From Squalus acanthias (Eukaryota), in contig CM059431.1 of NCBI GenBank assembly GCA_030390025.1, forward strand, positions 118,794,001-118,858,000: a DNA stretch of 64,000 bases. The letters run 5' to 3'. Positions within the stretch are counted from its first letter, which is position 1, and every line of letters begins with the position of its first letter. Below are positions 1 through 12,481 of the stretch, piece after piece. Under the pieces are notes generated by a model. That model had not been told where the DNA came from. It saw nothing but the letters and a program-made list of their open reading frames with translations, and ran no database searches. A program made the translations under genes and the position numbers.

Positions 1-509
1 GTCAGTGAAAAGCAAAACCAGTTTGCTCCGACCTATGGTTGTAGTGTGAATACATCCTTAATCATCTCTTTGCTCACTCTTGTCAACCCTCAGCCTACAA
101 TTTACGTGTACACTCGTTCTTCTGGCTTGTCTATTGTGTCAAACCTGCTACATCAGCTTTTCACAAAATGCAAATCGGATCATTTTTTTGTACCCTTGAC
201 TCACATTTGTAAAATACTGTTTTTTCCAGCTCAAACCTATAGATACATTGCCCTTTCCTGGCAGCATCATTGAACTCAACTCCTTGGAATTCATCAGTTT
301 TTAGCTGCTCTATGTTCTCAGCATTTTGTTCTTTCACTCATGATCTGTGGCACTTCTGTGCTTTTAACAGTAATTGCATTTTTCTCTCAAAGGCTATTAA
401 CCTCAAAGGTTATTAATAATACCAAAGCAACTTCCTGAAATGTAGTGGCAGAAAAGAATTGTCAGAAAGTTAAATGTTAACTAATTGAATAAAAATATAG
501 TATTATTAT

Positions 510-607
510 GAAATAACAACAGAAAACGCTGGAAAAACTCAGCAGGCCAGGCAGCATCCGTGGAGAGAGAAAGAGAGTTAACGTTTCAGGTCGATGACCT
601 TTCATAG
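510..607 (-). mobile_element. Penelope-like element terminal-repeat fragment with degenerate hammerhead core
   Basis: Reverse complement reads CT-ATGA-A-AGGTC-ATC-GACCT-GAAA-CGTT-AACTCT...GATGCTGCCTGGCCTGCTGAGT. It has stem II, GAAA and a palindromic stem III, but the CUGANGA box is damaged or truncated. Confidence 0.6.
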
Positions 608-1779
608 TATTATTATGAACTCTGTCACTGAACAGTATGAAAATAATTGGGTCCATAGGACCAATTCCCTGATCATGAGGAAAATGGCTTTGAGATAGCA
701 GCATGCTCCTTCCCTCCCAGTTTAGAAGAGTAGGTAGCTGACTTTCCCAGATTTGGTGAGCACAGCTAATTGACATAATTATAATAGACTCCCTGTGTGT
801 TTTCTACATGTGCAGGGAGCATTGTGGCAGCAGATGGATGGAGAACCAAGAATGCAGCAGCTCTTTAAAGACTGCTGCTCTTAAAAGGCTACCAGTCATT
901 TCTTCTCTCATACTGACTGTTGTGTCTGACTGCACTGAAGAGGATGGCTATTAATCCAGGACCAACTGCTGGAACTGTCCCTTTTAAAGAGGAGATCTGG
1001 GGGAGAGGGGCGAAAGATTGCCTGTGCGGGATGAAGAAATTTGGGGTAGAACCAGATCTGCTGAGTATTCACCACATGGAAGGACCATTGGAAATCCCAA
1101 TTAGTGGGGTTGCAGGAAGTCTTTCTCCCCACCCACCACCCACCCCATGTCCAGCACCAGCTTTGAAGGCATGCCTGGAGCATTCCTGGGATACGTCAGG
1201 ATTTCTGTTCAACACACCACTCTTGGGCTGAGCAAATGAAAGGTTTAAACTCATCTTACAGGTCTCTTGGTGGTCTAACCAGGTTCTTGGCTTCAACGGC
1301 CGCCCCACTAACTTCCTGGTTGTGGTGGCGTTGGGGTCCTACAGACGTCATAGGACTCCGATTTTGCAAAAAACATATGAGGCTCACTCAAACAGCACCT
1401 CATCTGCCTGAAAAATCAAGCATTTTAAAATTGCAATGGATCAAAGATAGAGTGGATAATTCACCTGCTGCATCTTAACTGTCCCCCACCACCACCACCC
1501 GCCCACCCCCCCCCCCCACCCCGTCCACCACAGATCTGGCATTTGTGAGTTTAAAGAAAGAAAATTTCAAAGAATCACCATAAATGTATTATGATGGGAG
1601 ACTTGTTTGGTGGTGAAGTCCATAAATTTGTCAGATATTATTCTGTGGCCCCAGCTCATGGTGTAATCATTGACAGGTTTCTTATATTTTTCCATCATAA
1701 TTATTGATCAGTACAAGTCCCCAGAAATAGAAAATCTACTAAAATGTTGTATCTTCTACAACAACAGAGGCTCTGAAAT

Positions 1780-2130
1780 TAAGTAATATCTCAGGAATGA
1801 CAGAACACATATTGGTGATTGCTACTGCAATTTAAGATAATCCCGTTGAGAAAGCCTGCAACAGCAGCAGAACGTAAATACAATGAAGCCTCAATCAAAA
1901 TTACTATAAAGCACACTACTGGGAGGCTGAAACAAAAATTCTGCTAATTAGATTGCTCAGTTGGGGTACTCCCTTACAGCCCAGCAAAAGGTGTCAAAAG
2001 TAATCACCATCTGCTGTATAACCCGTAATAGAAAGAGTACGCATGCAACATGACAAAGAGGAGGAGGCCCATGATGCCGCAGCAGCAGCGGTGTGGAATG
2101 AGGAAGAGGAGGAAGAAATTCAGTAAGCTG
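1780..2130 (+). pseudogene. Decayed PIF/Harbinger (HARBI1-like) transposase, C-terminal part
   Basis: Translates as IIPLRKPATAAERKYNEA..IKHTTGRLKQKFC*LDCSVGVLPYSP, then after a frameshift VSKVITICC and an acidic EEEEEE tail. Parallels the transposases at 17.6-18.8 kb and 60.3-61.5 kb. Confidence 0.7.
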
Positions 2131-2242
2131 AGGAGCAACCAGAAAGATTGGGAACTGCTTCCAGCAATTCCCAGTTCCAGCCCCTGCGCAAGTACGTCAG
2201 ATGAATATGACATCACCATTCCATCCACCATACCTCAACGGC

Positions 2243-3064
2243 CATCCAGTATTGGATGAGCAGAAATTTCCTCCAATTAGATTTTGCAAAGACCGAAGTC
2301 ATTGTTTTTGGTCCTCGCCACAAACTCAGTTCACTAGCCATCAACTCCACCCCTCTCCCTGGCCACTGTCTGAGACTGGACCAGACCATTCGCAACCTTG
2401 GCATCCTATTTGACCCTGAGCTGAGATCACGACCCCATATCATCTCCATCACCAAGACCGCCTAATTCCACCTCCATAATATCGCCCGTCTCTGCTCCTG
2501 CCTCAGCTCAACTGCTGCTGAAACCCTCATTCATGCCTTTGTTACCTCCAGATTAGATTATTCCAATTCTCTCCTAGCCGGTCTTCCATCTACCACCCTC
2601 CATTAACCTGAGCTCATCCAAATTTCTGCTGCCCATATCCTAACTCGGACCAAGTCCTGTTCACCCATCACCTGTGCTTGCTGACCTACATTGGCTCCTG
2701 GGCTGGCAATACCTCGATTTTAAGAATCTCATCCTTGTTTTCAAATTCCTCCATGGCCTTTCCCCTTCCTATCTCTTTAACCTTCTCCAGCCCTACAACC
2801 CTCTGAGATCTCCGCACTCCTCCGATCCTGGCCTCTTGCGCATCCCCGATTTTCATCACTCCACCATTGGCAGTTGTGCCTTCAGCTGTCAAGGCCCTAA
2901 GTTCTCAGAATTCACTCCCTAAACCTTTCCACCTCTCTACCTTTCTCTCCTCCTTTAAGACCTGTCTCCTTATGAGGCTCGATGTCAAATTTTGTTTGAT
3001 AATGCTCCTAGGAAGCGCCTTGAGACGTTTTACTACGTTAAAGATGCTATACAAATGCAAGTTG
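2243..3064 (+). mobile_element. L2-clade LINE 3' fragment
   Basis: ORF pieces WMSRNFLQLDFAKTEVIVFG, IRNLGILFDPEL, LADLHWL; tail ..GCTATACAAATGCAAGTTG; frameshifted. Confidence 0.85.
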
Positions 3065-3981
3065 AGAATGATGAGGATATAGCAGAGATTAGATTGGAAA
3101 TATTTATAGTGAGGCATCACAGGACAACACTTCTAAGAATCTAACTGATTCTTTATGCACGAGTATTTCCGTGGTGCTTGCACAGGTAAGATGCCTGAAC
3201 AGAGTTGGTGAGAATGTAGCAACAGCTGTGGATCTGGAATTGCCTAGGTGATCAATGGAATGGGTAGGCTCTTCCTTCAAGGCATCCCTTATGATGTAAA
3301 AGACAGAAGAGCTTGTTTAGATGTGCACACATAACTTTTGCCCTTGAAGAAATAGCAGATGAGTGTAAGGATATTACAAAACTGAAGAAAGGACACAATG
3401 CTGAAATTACATATGATGAACCTTACCCAGCTTTTACCAACCTCTCTTTCCAGCTCAGTTACAAACTTGGCCTCTCCTACAGGATCTCCCAACTATCTAG
3501 CTAATATATGTAATGCCTCCCCTGCTTGTGGACTCAAGGCTTTCATCGATGGTGACCCTCTTCCAGATGCCCTTCTTTGGTGCTGGTTCTATGCCCTTTT
3601 TTTCCTTTTGGAGGGAAAAAGACAATGCTACGAGCCTGTAGGTGTGATGGAAACCTGCCACATATAAGGTCACCCACGCCATGATGATGAGAGGTGAAGT
3701 TGCCTTGTCACTTTAAAAGAAGTGTCCTTGAAGTCCAGCTGAATCCTTATGGCCGGCAAAGTGAGTTGAGAGAGAGTGGTTTTGAGTAAACAAACTGCTT
3801 GAAGGTTTGGAGAGGTTGCCCAGTGTGAGTTTCCCTGACACCCAGGTGCTGAGAGAGAAAGTGTAATAGGTAAAGAGGTGCGTGAAGCTAGCTGAGTGGG
3901 AGAGGATGTATATTAGCACCAGTACCTTGACTTACCTTGGCCATCCTTGTGAGGTCATTGAACCTCTGTCCGCATTGTGTG

Positions 3982-5273
3982 TGTAAGGTTTCCAAAATTT
4001 TGCAGATCTCCAAAAACCTAAGGAAAAAGGACTTTGGAACTACCTCAGAGTGATAAAAATGCATTTGGGCCTAACCTAAGGAATTTAAGACCAAAAACCA
4101 AGTTTTGGCATTTTAAAAACATGTCTGGGCCTGTAAAGGGACAAGGAGGTGGGGTTGACCTCTGTAAAATGAGTTTTGGTTATTGCAGTTAATTACACTG
4201 TCTGGGGAACCGGGATGACCTCACTCAAGCCCCAGCAGACATTAACATTTGAACAATAGACCCTGGGAGAAGACAGTCCCACCCAAAATAACAGGCCCCA
4301 TCAAAACCGATTACAGAGCCCATCAGAAACATGCATAATACAAATCACTCAGACCCATTTCTATAGAAAGGCCGAGTCCAGCCTAGAAAACCAAACACAA
4401 AACCAATCAACTGTAATCAACCAAGGAGATCGACAGGACACAAGCCATCCCAAAAACCAGTTAACACGCTAGTAAAGTCGTTACTGTTCACGAGGCCTCC
4501 AAAATCTTACAATGACCGGGATTTGATTTGGTTTTGATAAGGAAGCTTCAATTAGTATAATTGAAAGGCTGTTTCCTCAAGAAGTCAGTTCAGCAGTTAC
4601 AACAGTTCAAGTTCGAGTTCTCCAGTAGAGTTACACAGCAGCAAGGAATTTAGCAAGCAGTCCGGCAGAAGACAGTTACAGTTCTGCAAGAAGGCAGTTC
4701 CACAGCTCTGAAGAAGACAGTTACAGTTCTGCAAGAAGGCACTTCCACATCTCGGAAGAAGACAGTTTTAAACAGAGGCAGAGTTCAACAGAAAGAAGTT
4801 CAACAAAGAAGGCCAACAGCTCCAGAAGTAGGCCGACATGCAAGAAGAGACCAGAGCGACCGCCTCAGTGACCATCGGACACCTCGCGACAACAAGGGCC
4901 TTACGAAACTTTTTACTCAAAAGACTCTAAATCCTAACTCTCAACTGTCAAGGATTCGTTTGGTGAGCATTATCCCTGGTTCTCTGGAGTCCAACCTAGC
5001 TAGTGAAGTGGGATTGGGAGGGGTGAAGTATTCTTTTAATGTTATTTCCCTCACTTGTACCGAAGTGTTCCCCACCTTTAGAGTGTTAAGAGTGTTTGTG
5101 TTGTGCTTTACTTTCTTAAATAAAGATCAAAGTTCTTGCATCAAACCCAGTTGTCTGCTGCACTTTTCATCACAACCCCCAAATAAGTCCAGGGTCTAGA
5201 ACCAAGGGAGTGGGAGCGATTCGAACCGCTCAGAAGTCAGAGGTGAAGCTGACACAAACCACCACCCCCTACA
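3982..5273 (+). mobile_element. Solo LTR (1292 bp) of an LTR retrotransposon or ERV
   Basis: Starts TGTAAGG, ends CCCCTACA (TG..CA, imperfect inverted ends). 4-bp TSD TGTG at 3978-3981 and 5274-5277. TATAA at about 4556, AATAAA at 5119-5124. No internal coding sequence. Confidence 0.88.
4667..4767 (+). repeat. 45-bp tandem repeat (about 2.2 copies) inside the LTR
   Basis: Unit AGAAGACAGTTACAGTTCTGCAAGAAGGCAGTTCCACAGCTCTGA starts at 4667, 4712 and 4757. Confidence 0.9.
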
Positions 5274-6460
5274 TGTGGCAGTTCTTGGGATGGTGCAGGA
5301 TACACTGAGTGCCCCTGACACCTCTCTCCAGACAGCCGATGACACTCTCTTGTGGGTCCTCCTTCCCTCGGTGCCCATCAGATGGTCCCTTCTGCCCCTC
5401 ACTTCTGCCAGCAGCACCTCCACTGATCAGAAATTCTGGGGGCACTTCTAGATGCCGACAGCCCCAGGGTGGCAACTTTTTCTGCCATCTTGCTGAGAAA
5501 TAATGCTGTCCTTTAACTGCCTGCAGCTATTAATTGCGCACTATTGGTAAAGAAGAGGGGCTGTTGCTGTAAGAGCACTTTAATAAAAGCAGTGATAATA
5601 CCTATGCTTTCATGGTGAATCAGTTGCATGCCAGAAGCACCTTAGGCAGTGTTCAACCACTAAGTTCTCCAGATAGTTATATCATCTAATTATTTCAGAA
5701 CAGGTTTTCAATTTCACTGGGTAGTAATATATTATAATTTTGCTTCACATGGCACCCAAAGGGATTCTTACTCTCAAGGCTGTTGGTTTCTGGATCTGAT
5801 CAGTGGATACAACTCTCTTAAAAGTGAGATAAGGCAACATTCTTCTTGGTAATCTAGGACTTCTCCAGTCACAGGAACACATTTAAGAAGATCCCCTCAC
5901 TATATCTTTTTTTTAATTCATAAGAGAGGTGGCCAGTAATGTCCCCTGTACTTTATTTGGAGCATTTGCTTATTTACCCACTTGAATCCCTGAACTTTTA
6001 CATTTAGTCAAATGAGGGCTAATATGCTTGGGGACTGCACAATAGGATTGGCTTCTTTTTCCTTAGTGCGCAAAGTTATTTACACCTTCCCCGTCATACT
6101 AGTTCATGTCTTGGAATTTACTTTAATATAGCTTATTCTTTATAGGTCCCCTTTCACCTCTAGAACAACCAGTCTAGCTGACAAAGCTGACTTACTCTTA
6201 TCAAAATGTTGTCATATTGACTTATGTATGTTTTATGTAAGCTCCAAGGAAGTAGACTGGGCACCAAATTGAACGTTGTTTTTACAATATGTGTACAAGT
6301 TCCACATGATGTGTTTTTCCCCTTTACTTTTGTGACTATCGTATACAAAGAAACAACTTGCATTATCCGTGACAGCCAAATACTGCAACAAATTTCAAAT
6401 GTGGTCACAAATACAATGAGCATGTTGTCTACCTTCGAGATACACGACAGCGCAAAATCA

Positions 6461-6913
6461 TAGAGCAGAAACTGATAGCCAAGTTCCGCACTCATGAGGA
6501 TGGCCTCAATCGCGATATCGGGTTCATGTCACGATACAGAACGTGACTTGACATCATGGCCGGTCTTCCCAGGTGTTTTTTTTTGGTTTTTTTTTTGGTT
6601 TTTTTTTTAAAAAGGCTAACACAAGAACACAAATTGACAGGATATGCAGCCAGCAGGTGGTTTGACACATTGGACCCCCTGGGACACATCTAATTGTCTT
6701 GGCTGTGCTCTTTGTTGTAGCGAATAATGTGAATAGATTTTGTCTGGGTTTAAATTGTGAATTCTGGGAGATTCTCTCATTGCTAACTTACCTGACGAAG
6801 GAGCGACAGCTCCGAAAGCTTGTAAAATTAAATAAATCTGTTGGACTATAACCTGGTGTTGTGTGACTTCTCATTTTTGTCCACCCCAGTCCAACGCCGG
6901 CATCTCCACATCA
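6461..6913 (+). mobile_element. Penelope-like element 3' end (GIY-YIG C-terminus plus terminal repeat)
   Basis: 6463 onward translates EQKLIAKFRTHEDGLNRDIGFMSRY, resembling the E..LI..GLN end of PLE GIY-YIG endonucleases. Hammerhead motif and AATAAA lie downstream. Confidence 0.75.
6788..6825 (+). ncRNA. Minimal type I hammerhead ribozyme (PLE-associated)
   Basis: Stem I TTAC (6788-6791)/GTAA (6822-6825); core CTGACGA (6792-6798) plus one extra A; stem II GGAGC-gaca-GCTCC; GAAA (6814-6817); palindromic stem III AGCT; predicted cleavage after CUU at 6821. Confidence 0.8.
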
Positions 6914-8424
6914 TACTTTTATATTGGCTTTGCATCTTGAAAAATGTTGACACTCTTAAGAGGAAGACTGTTTTTGTTGAGGTGGGACTGTTTTTGTTAC
7001 TTGCCAGAATTATATATTGATGGTGCACAACTCAGTAAATTTTAATTTTCAAATTAAAACTCCCCATTTTCCGGTGGCAGAGAGACAAAGCGATGACACT
7101 GAAATTGCGGTGATTGCGATGGCAAATTACAACGGTATTCCCGTTGAAATGCCCCGCAAGTTCCGGATTTCCACATAAGCTTGCGCATGTGTGAAATACG
7201 GAACTTGCGATCTGTCAAGGTATGTCTTGACAGATCATTCAAACCGCCTGAAAACTGAGTATTGCTGGCATAGAGTTGGGCTACTTGCCCAGCGATTGGC
7301 CAGCAATCGGCCACGTAAGTCTTATGGTTGATACAAGTGGGCATGGGGTCTGCTTACATCAGCGTAAGGGGATATCTAAGCCTTAAATTAAACATTTACA
7401 TGTCCAAAATTATGCACATACACTTTATTAAATGAGTTGATGCAAATATTGGCCTAGATTACAGTTTTAATGATGTGTGAAATTATCAAAATTTACATTT
7501 TTATTGAGTTTGGTGGACTGAAGGTAAATATGATTAAAATTAAAATTCTGTTAATTGTATAATTTTTACATTTCGAGATTCCATTGGATATCATTAGGGG
7601 ATTCTCTTTGTGAATGATTGCAATGGAATTCTCCTTTATCATTGGAGGACCAGGCCCATGTGATCCCAGTTACGCTTCTGAATCGCCTGCGACCCTGGGA
7701 TCCGTGTGCCATTACGCTGCCGTCCGCCTCGAGACCTGAGACCGCAACTCTTCGCAGCCTGGACACCAGCAGATAATTTCGGAAATGTGTCGCGGGTCAG
7801 AGGCGTAATCCAGAGGTATGCCTCCAACCGCAATTTCTATGCCATTGTGATCATAATCAAACATTATGGGCTAGAATTTCCACTTTGCGTGCAATCGGTG
7901 AACTGAGTGTAAATTGCGCCCAAAACTGCGCTAATTTTGAGAAGTGTTTTTTTCTCGAGCGTCCGCTCAAACTCATTTGCATACCGTCGAACGTAAAATC
8001 TGCCATGAACCAGCGCAATCGGCAACCTTTTAGAATGTAATTTTTTTTTAAATCACAAAATATAAGCATTTTAATCAAAGAGTCCAGTCCATCACCTGTG
8101 AGTAACTCAATTTTAAATAACTGAAAAAGACTTTCAGTAAATTGTACAGAACAATTTGCTAGTTGTTTTGGTGTACAGTAGTCAGTTTCTTATTAAACTA
8201 AAAAAAATTCAAAAGCTTTTAAAATGTGCCTATTAGTGTCCGTATGCCTGAAAAAAAGCTTAATTTTAAGAGCCTCCCCAAATGCCCAATAGACGGGCGC
8301 AATTAGTGGAAACTCGGAATGGTGATTAATTTGTTCTGGGGGCGTGGCCAGTTTTGTGGGTGGAGCCTGCTTCTAGCGCATTGTTTTTTAAACTAACGCA
8401 ACAAATTGTTTTCGACCACTCTTT

Positions 8425-9255
8425 GGGCTGGATTTTCTCAATGGAGACGTGCTGGAGGCGGGACTTCTGGTTTCTGGGTTTCAGTCCCGCCCCCAGTGAC
8501 GTCTGACCAACCTACGCTATTTTCCCTTGATTGGCCTTGTTAAGCCTGCCCTACGGGCTTACCGGCCAAATAAGGGAAAGCCGGTGACAGATGATGTCAA
8601 CCTATGATGCTTGATCTGTCAAAAAATTTTGACAGATGAATTTTCAGCGTTTGACAGCTTTGAGAAGCTGTCGAACACTGAGAATCTCAGTTCTAAGGTG
8701 AGCCCTTGTACACAGGCTCTCTCCTCAGCAGAAAGCAGATGGCTGCTGCATCTGAGAATGCAGCAGCCATTCTGTCATCTCTGCCATTGAGATGAGGCAC
8801 CACCGGATCCTCAAAGGTTGAAGCCTGCAGAAGGAAGCAAAGGTAAGGAAACTTTTTCCAACACTTTACACTCACCTCTCATATACCTCTCCACACTTGC
8901 ACCCATCACTCACCTCTACAGCTGACATTTCGATCCCTCTTGCACCCGCAGACGCACTGCTCGCCTTGATGACCCTGGCGGGGTTTCCCGACGTCGGGAA
9001 ACCCGCATCAGCAGGCGCAAAATCTTGAAAAGCCTCTTAACTGCCTGTTCACTACCTGTAAACAGGCAGTTAATTAGCTCTAATCCCCTTCCCGCCTCGA
9101 GGAGACGGGTCCCTGCGCGAGTCAGGGACCCGCGTCCCGGGAAGATGGTTCAGAGGCGGGTTGGGAGCGGGGTTGGGGCCCGCTCCCAATTTTTCCCATT
9201 TTCCCAACAGCCCCGCCTCCAAACCCGCATCCTCAGGGCTGGTAAAATCCAGCCC
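8425..9255. mobile_element. Non-autonomous Harbinger-type element (MITE)
   Basis: TIRs GGGCTGGATTTT ... AAAATCCAGCCC. Internally similar to 50997-51844. Adjacent MITE-like pieces at about 7060-7840 and 7868-8424. Confidence 0.8.
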
Positions 9256-10599
9256 AATGCTTTTAAAAGTATTATAAGATTTGACAAATGCTAAATGGCC
9301 ACTAGTGACCTTGTGTTCATGGTGATGCTGCAATGATTTTGACAATAACTTGATGCCAGTTACATTTAAAATTAAGTTCTCCCAATTGCTCTGAGTTGGC
9401 TGTCAATGAGTTCGTAACGCTTTAAAAAAACTCAAAATAGATCTTTGGATTTTTTTTCCCATTAATAGCAATTTGTGTTTTTTTTTTAACTTAATTCTGC
9501 ATTCAAGTAGTAATTGTGTACTTTTGTAGATCGCTACAAGTTTTTTGAAGAAGGTCTCATTCTTCTGACTTTTTTGCATTTCCCTAATTCAGTTCTCTCT
9601 TCAACCCCAACATGAAAGTATGGATGTATTATACCCTACCTTTATGGTGAGAGACAGGCAGAATTTTTTCACAGATCCAAAAAGAGCATACTGTTCCTCA
9701 TTCATCCTCTAGGGGCATACCTGATCAGTATGTGAGTGTCTCTATCCCGAGCAAGTGTTGTCTTCTTCCTTCACGTGTTGTGTCCGTGAATAGCAAATTC
9801 AACCCCAAGTAAAAGCCCAAATATGAAAGCATCTCCTAATTAAGAATCGATCACACTAGAGTCTAGGTTTGAAATTATCTGTAATGTTATTGCCACTTCA
9901 GTGCCAGGCATAAAATAACACTTTTGATGTGAAAGGTTGTTTGACTGGTTTAACAGAATATCAGATTTTTAAACCGTTATTGGTAGTGAGCTAAAATAAC
10001 AATTAAACTGATTTTTAGTGGATAGGTCTCATCGATTTAAATAAGTCAACCACGTTACATTATTTGAAACCTTTAATGCTAAAAGTCACATTTGGGCCAT
10101 TAACATACCTAAGTCAAAATATGGTTAAAGTTTATTCTTGATCTGGAAACTATTTAGTATTTACTGTTGTTACTGTATAAAAATATATAATTGCTTCTGC
10201 ATTTTCACGATTTGGGGATTAATGTTAATTTTTAAGAACACTGCCTGTTTCCATTTCTGTTCAGAAGGAGCACTGGTACACAGCTTGCATTTTAACTTTG
10301 CTGCACAACAAATAAATTAAAGGGTTGATTATGCAGTTCCTTTTCAGTATGGTGATTTTGCAAGGTTGTCTCCTTTTAATAACTGTCATCTGCTCCGTGC
10401 GCACATTGGCGATGCACAGGGAGCAATCTGGGTGAATAGGCAGCGATATCCAATGACTCAGTTGCTCCTAAAGAGCTTCTGTACGCTTTTAACGCAGAGC
10501 TGCACATTGATCAATATAAAACCTTGCTGTTGGCTGTTGAAGATGGAGGAAAGGAGAGAAAGAAGCATTGTGGCTCCTTCTGAGGATACTGCTCCAGAG

Positions 10600-10770
10600 G
10601 ACTAACTCCAGCAAATGGTGCAAAAACTGAGGGATACCCTCTGATCAGGAGTACCGTATAAGAGTACCTGAGTGGAGGTGGTCAAATAAGTTGATGCAGT
10701 GTCTCATGTATATTGATCATAAGAGCAGATGAGAAATAAATATTCTCAATTCAGGAAGATTGACAAAGGC
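10600..10770 (+). pseudogene. Highly decayed Myb/SANT-like exon relic (Harbinger)
   Basis: Fragments LQQMVQKLRDTL, EVVK.VDAVS and EQMRNKYSQFRK resemble the other Myb exon-1 copies. Confidence 0.35.
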
Positions 10771-10871
10771 ACGGGTACCCACACAAAAGTTCAATCTTCT
10801 AGATGGGGCTTCACCGAGGCAGAATACAAAGCACCTGAGGCAACCTTGCAGCTCCTTGACACCTGCTCACC

Positions 10872-12118
10872 GATGATCAGTTTGGACCACTCGGCTCCCG
10901 ATCTCGTTACAGCCTCGGTCCAAACAAGGACAAAAGAGCTGAAGTCCAGAGGTGAGGTGAGAGTGACTGCCCTTGACATCAAGGCAGCATTTCACCGAGT
11001 GTGGCATTAAGGAGCCCTAGTAAAATTGAAGTCAATGGGAATCAGGGGAAAAGCTCTTCACTGGCTGGCGTCATACCTAGCACAAAGGAAGATGGTTGTG
11101 GTTGTTGGAGGTCAATCATCACAGCCCCAGGACATCACTGCAGGAGTTCCTCAGTGCCGTGTGCTGGGCCCAACCATCTTCAGCTGCTTCATCAATGACC
11201 TTCCCTCCATCATAAGGTCAGGAGTGGGGATGTTCACTGATGATTGCACAGTTTTCAGTTCCATTCGCAACTCCTCAGATAATGAAGCAGCCCATGCCCG
11301 CATGCAGCAAGACCTGGACGACATTCAGGCTTGGGCTGATAAGTGGCAGGTAACATTTGCGCCACACAAGTGCCAGGCAATGACTATCTCTAACAAGCAA
11401 GAGTCTAACCACCGTCCCTTTACATTCAACGGCATTACCATCGCCGAATCCACCACCATCAACATCCCGGGGATCACCATTGACCAGAAACTTAACTGGA
11501 CCAGCCACATAAATACAGAGGCTGGGTATTCTGCGGCGAGTGTCTCACCTCCTGACTCCCCAAAGCCTTTCCACCATCTACAAGGCACAAGTCAGGAGTG
11601 TGATGGAATACTCTTCACTTGCCTGGATGAGTATAGATCCAACAACACTCAAGAAGCTCGACACCATCCAGGACAAGGCAGCCCGCTTGACAGGCACCCC
11701 ATCCACCACCTTAAACATTCACTCCCTCCACCACCAGTACACCATGGCTGCAGTGTGTACCATCTACAAGATGCACTGCAGCAACTCGCCAAGGCTTCTT
11801 CGGCAGCACTTCCCAAACCCACGACCTCTTCCACCTAGAAGGACAAGGGTGACAGGCGCATGGGAACACCACCACCTCCAAGTTCCCCTCCAAGTTACAC
11901 ACCATCCTGACTTGGCAATATATCGCCGATCCTTCATCGTCGCTGCGTCAAAATCCTGGAACTCCCTCCCTAACAGCACTGTGGGAGTACCATTACCACA
12001 CGGACTGCAGCGGTTCAAGAAGGCGGCTCACCACCACCTTCTGAAGGGCAACTAGGGATGGTCAATAAATGCTGGCCTTGCCATTGACGCCCGCATCCCA
12101 GGAACGAATAAAAAAAAT
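10872..12118 (+). mobile_element. CR1-group (Crack/Daphne-like) LINE, 5'-truncated RT fragment
   Basis: ALDIKAAFHRVWH, GVPQCRVLGPTIFSCFINDL, MFTDD, WADKWQVTF; 3' UTR with AATAAA and an A-tail at about 12107-12118. Clade assignment is tentative. Confidence 0.85.
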
Positions 12119-12481
12119 TGCAGGTAGGGGCCCAAGTGCCACATTCGTAGCATCAATATTTCCCTGCATTTTTGGAAAACCTACAACATGGAAGATGTTG
12201 AATGCTCTCTCATTCTGCCGGGTGCTTTGCAATGGGAAAGTGATATAGTTCGGAAATTTTACCCCCCTCTCCCCCCCCCCCCCCACCACAACGGGCGGGA
12301 GAGGGTCGGGGGGGTTTAAATTGGCAAAAATGCAAAACCCGACCCTAACCTGCCGCAAATGTGCCTGTTTCCGGTTTAACCACAGCGGGTTTGAGGTCAT
12401 CCGAGTAACCTGCTCTGGAGAGGCGGGCCCGTCATTATAATATGTAAATGAGGCACCGTTCCTGATATTTTGGCAACTATT

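Larger units (their letters stand above)
3935..5460 (-). pseudogene. Harbinger Myb/SANT-like gene exon 1, split by a solo LTR
   Basis: Removing 3982-5273 plus one TSD copy restores in-frame VEVLLAEVRGRRDHLMG..WREVSGALSVSCTIPRTAT|QCGQRFNDLTRMAK followed by donor GTAAGT. Convergent with the transposase relic at 1.8-2.1 kb. Confidence 0.8.

Noticed and set aside
3170..3192. Recursive splice site CAG|GTAAGA
   Set aside because: Weak polypyrimidine tract and located inside a decayed transposon.
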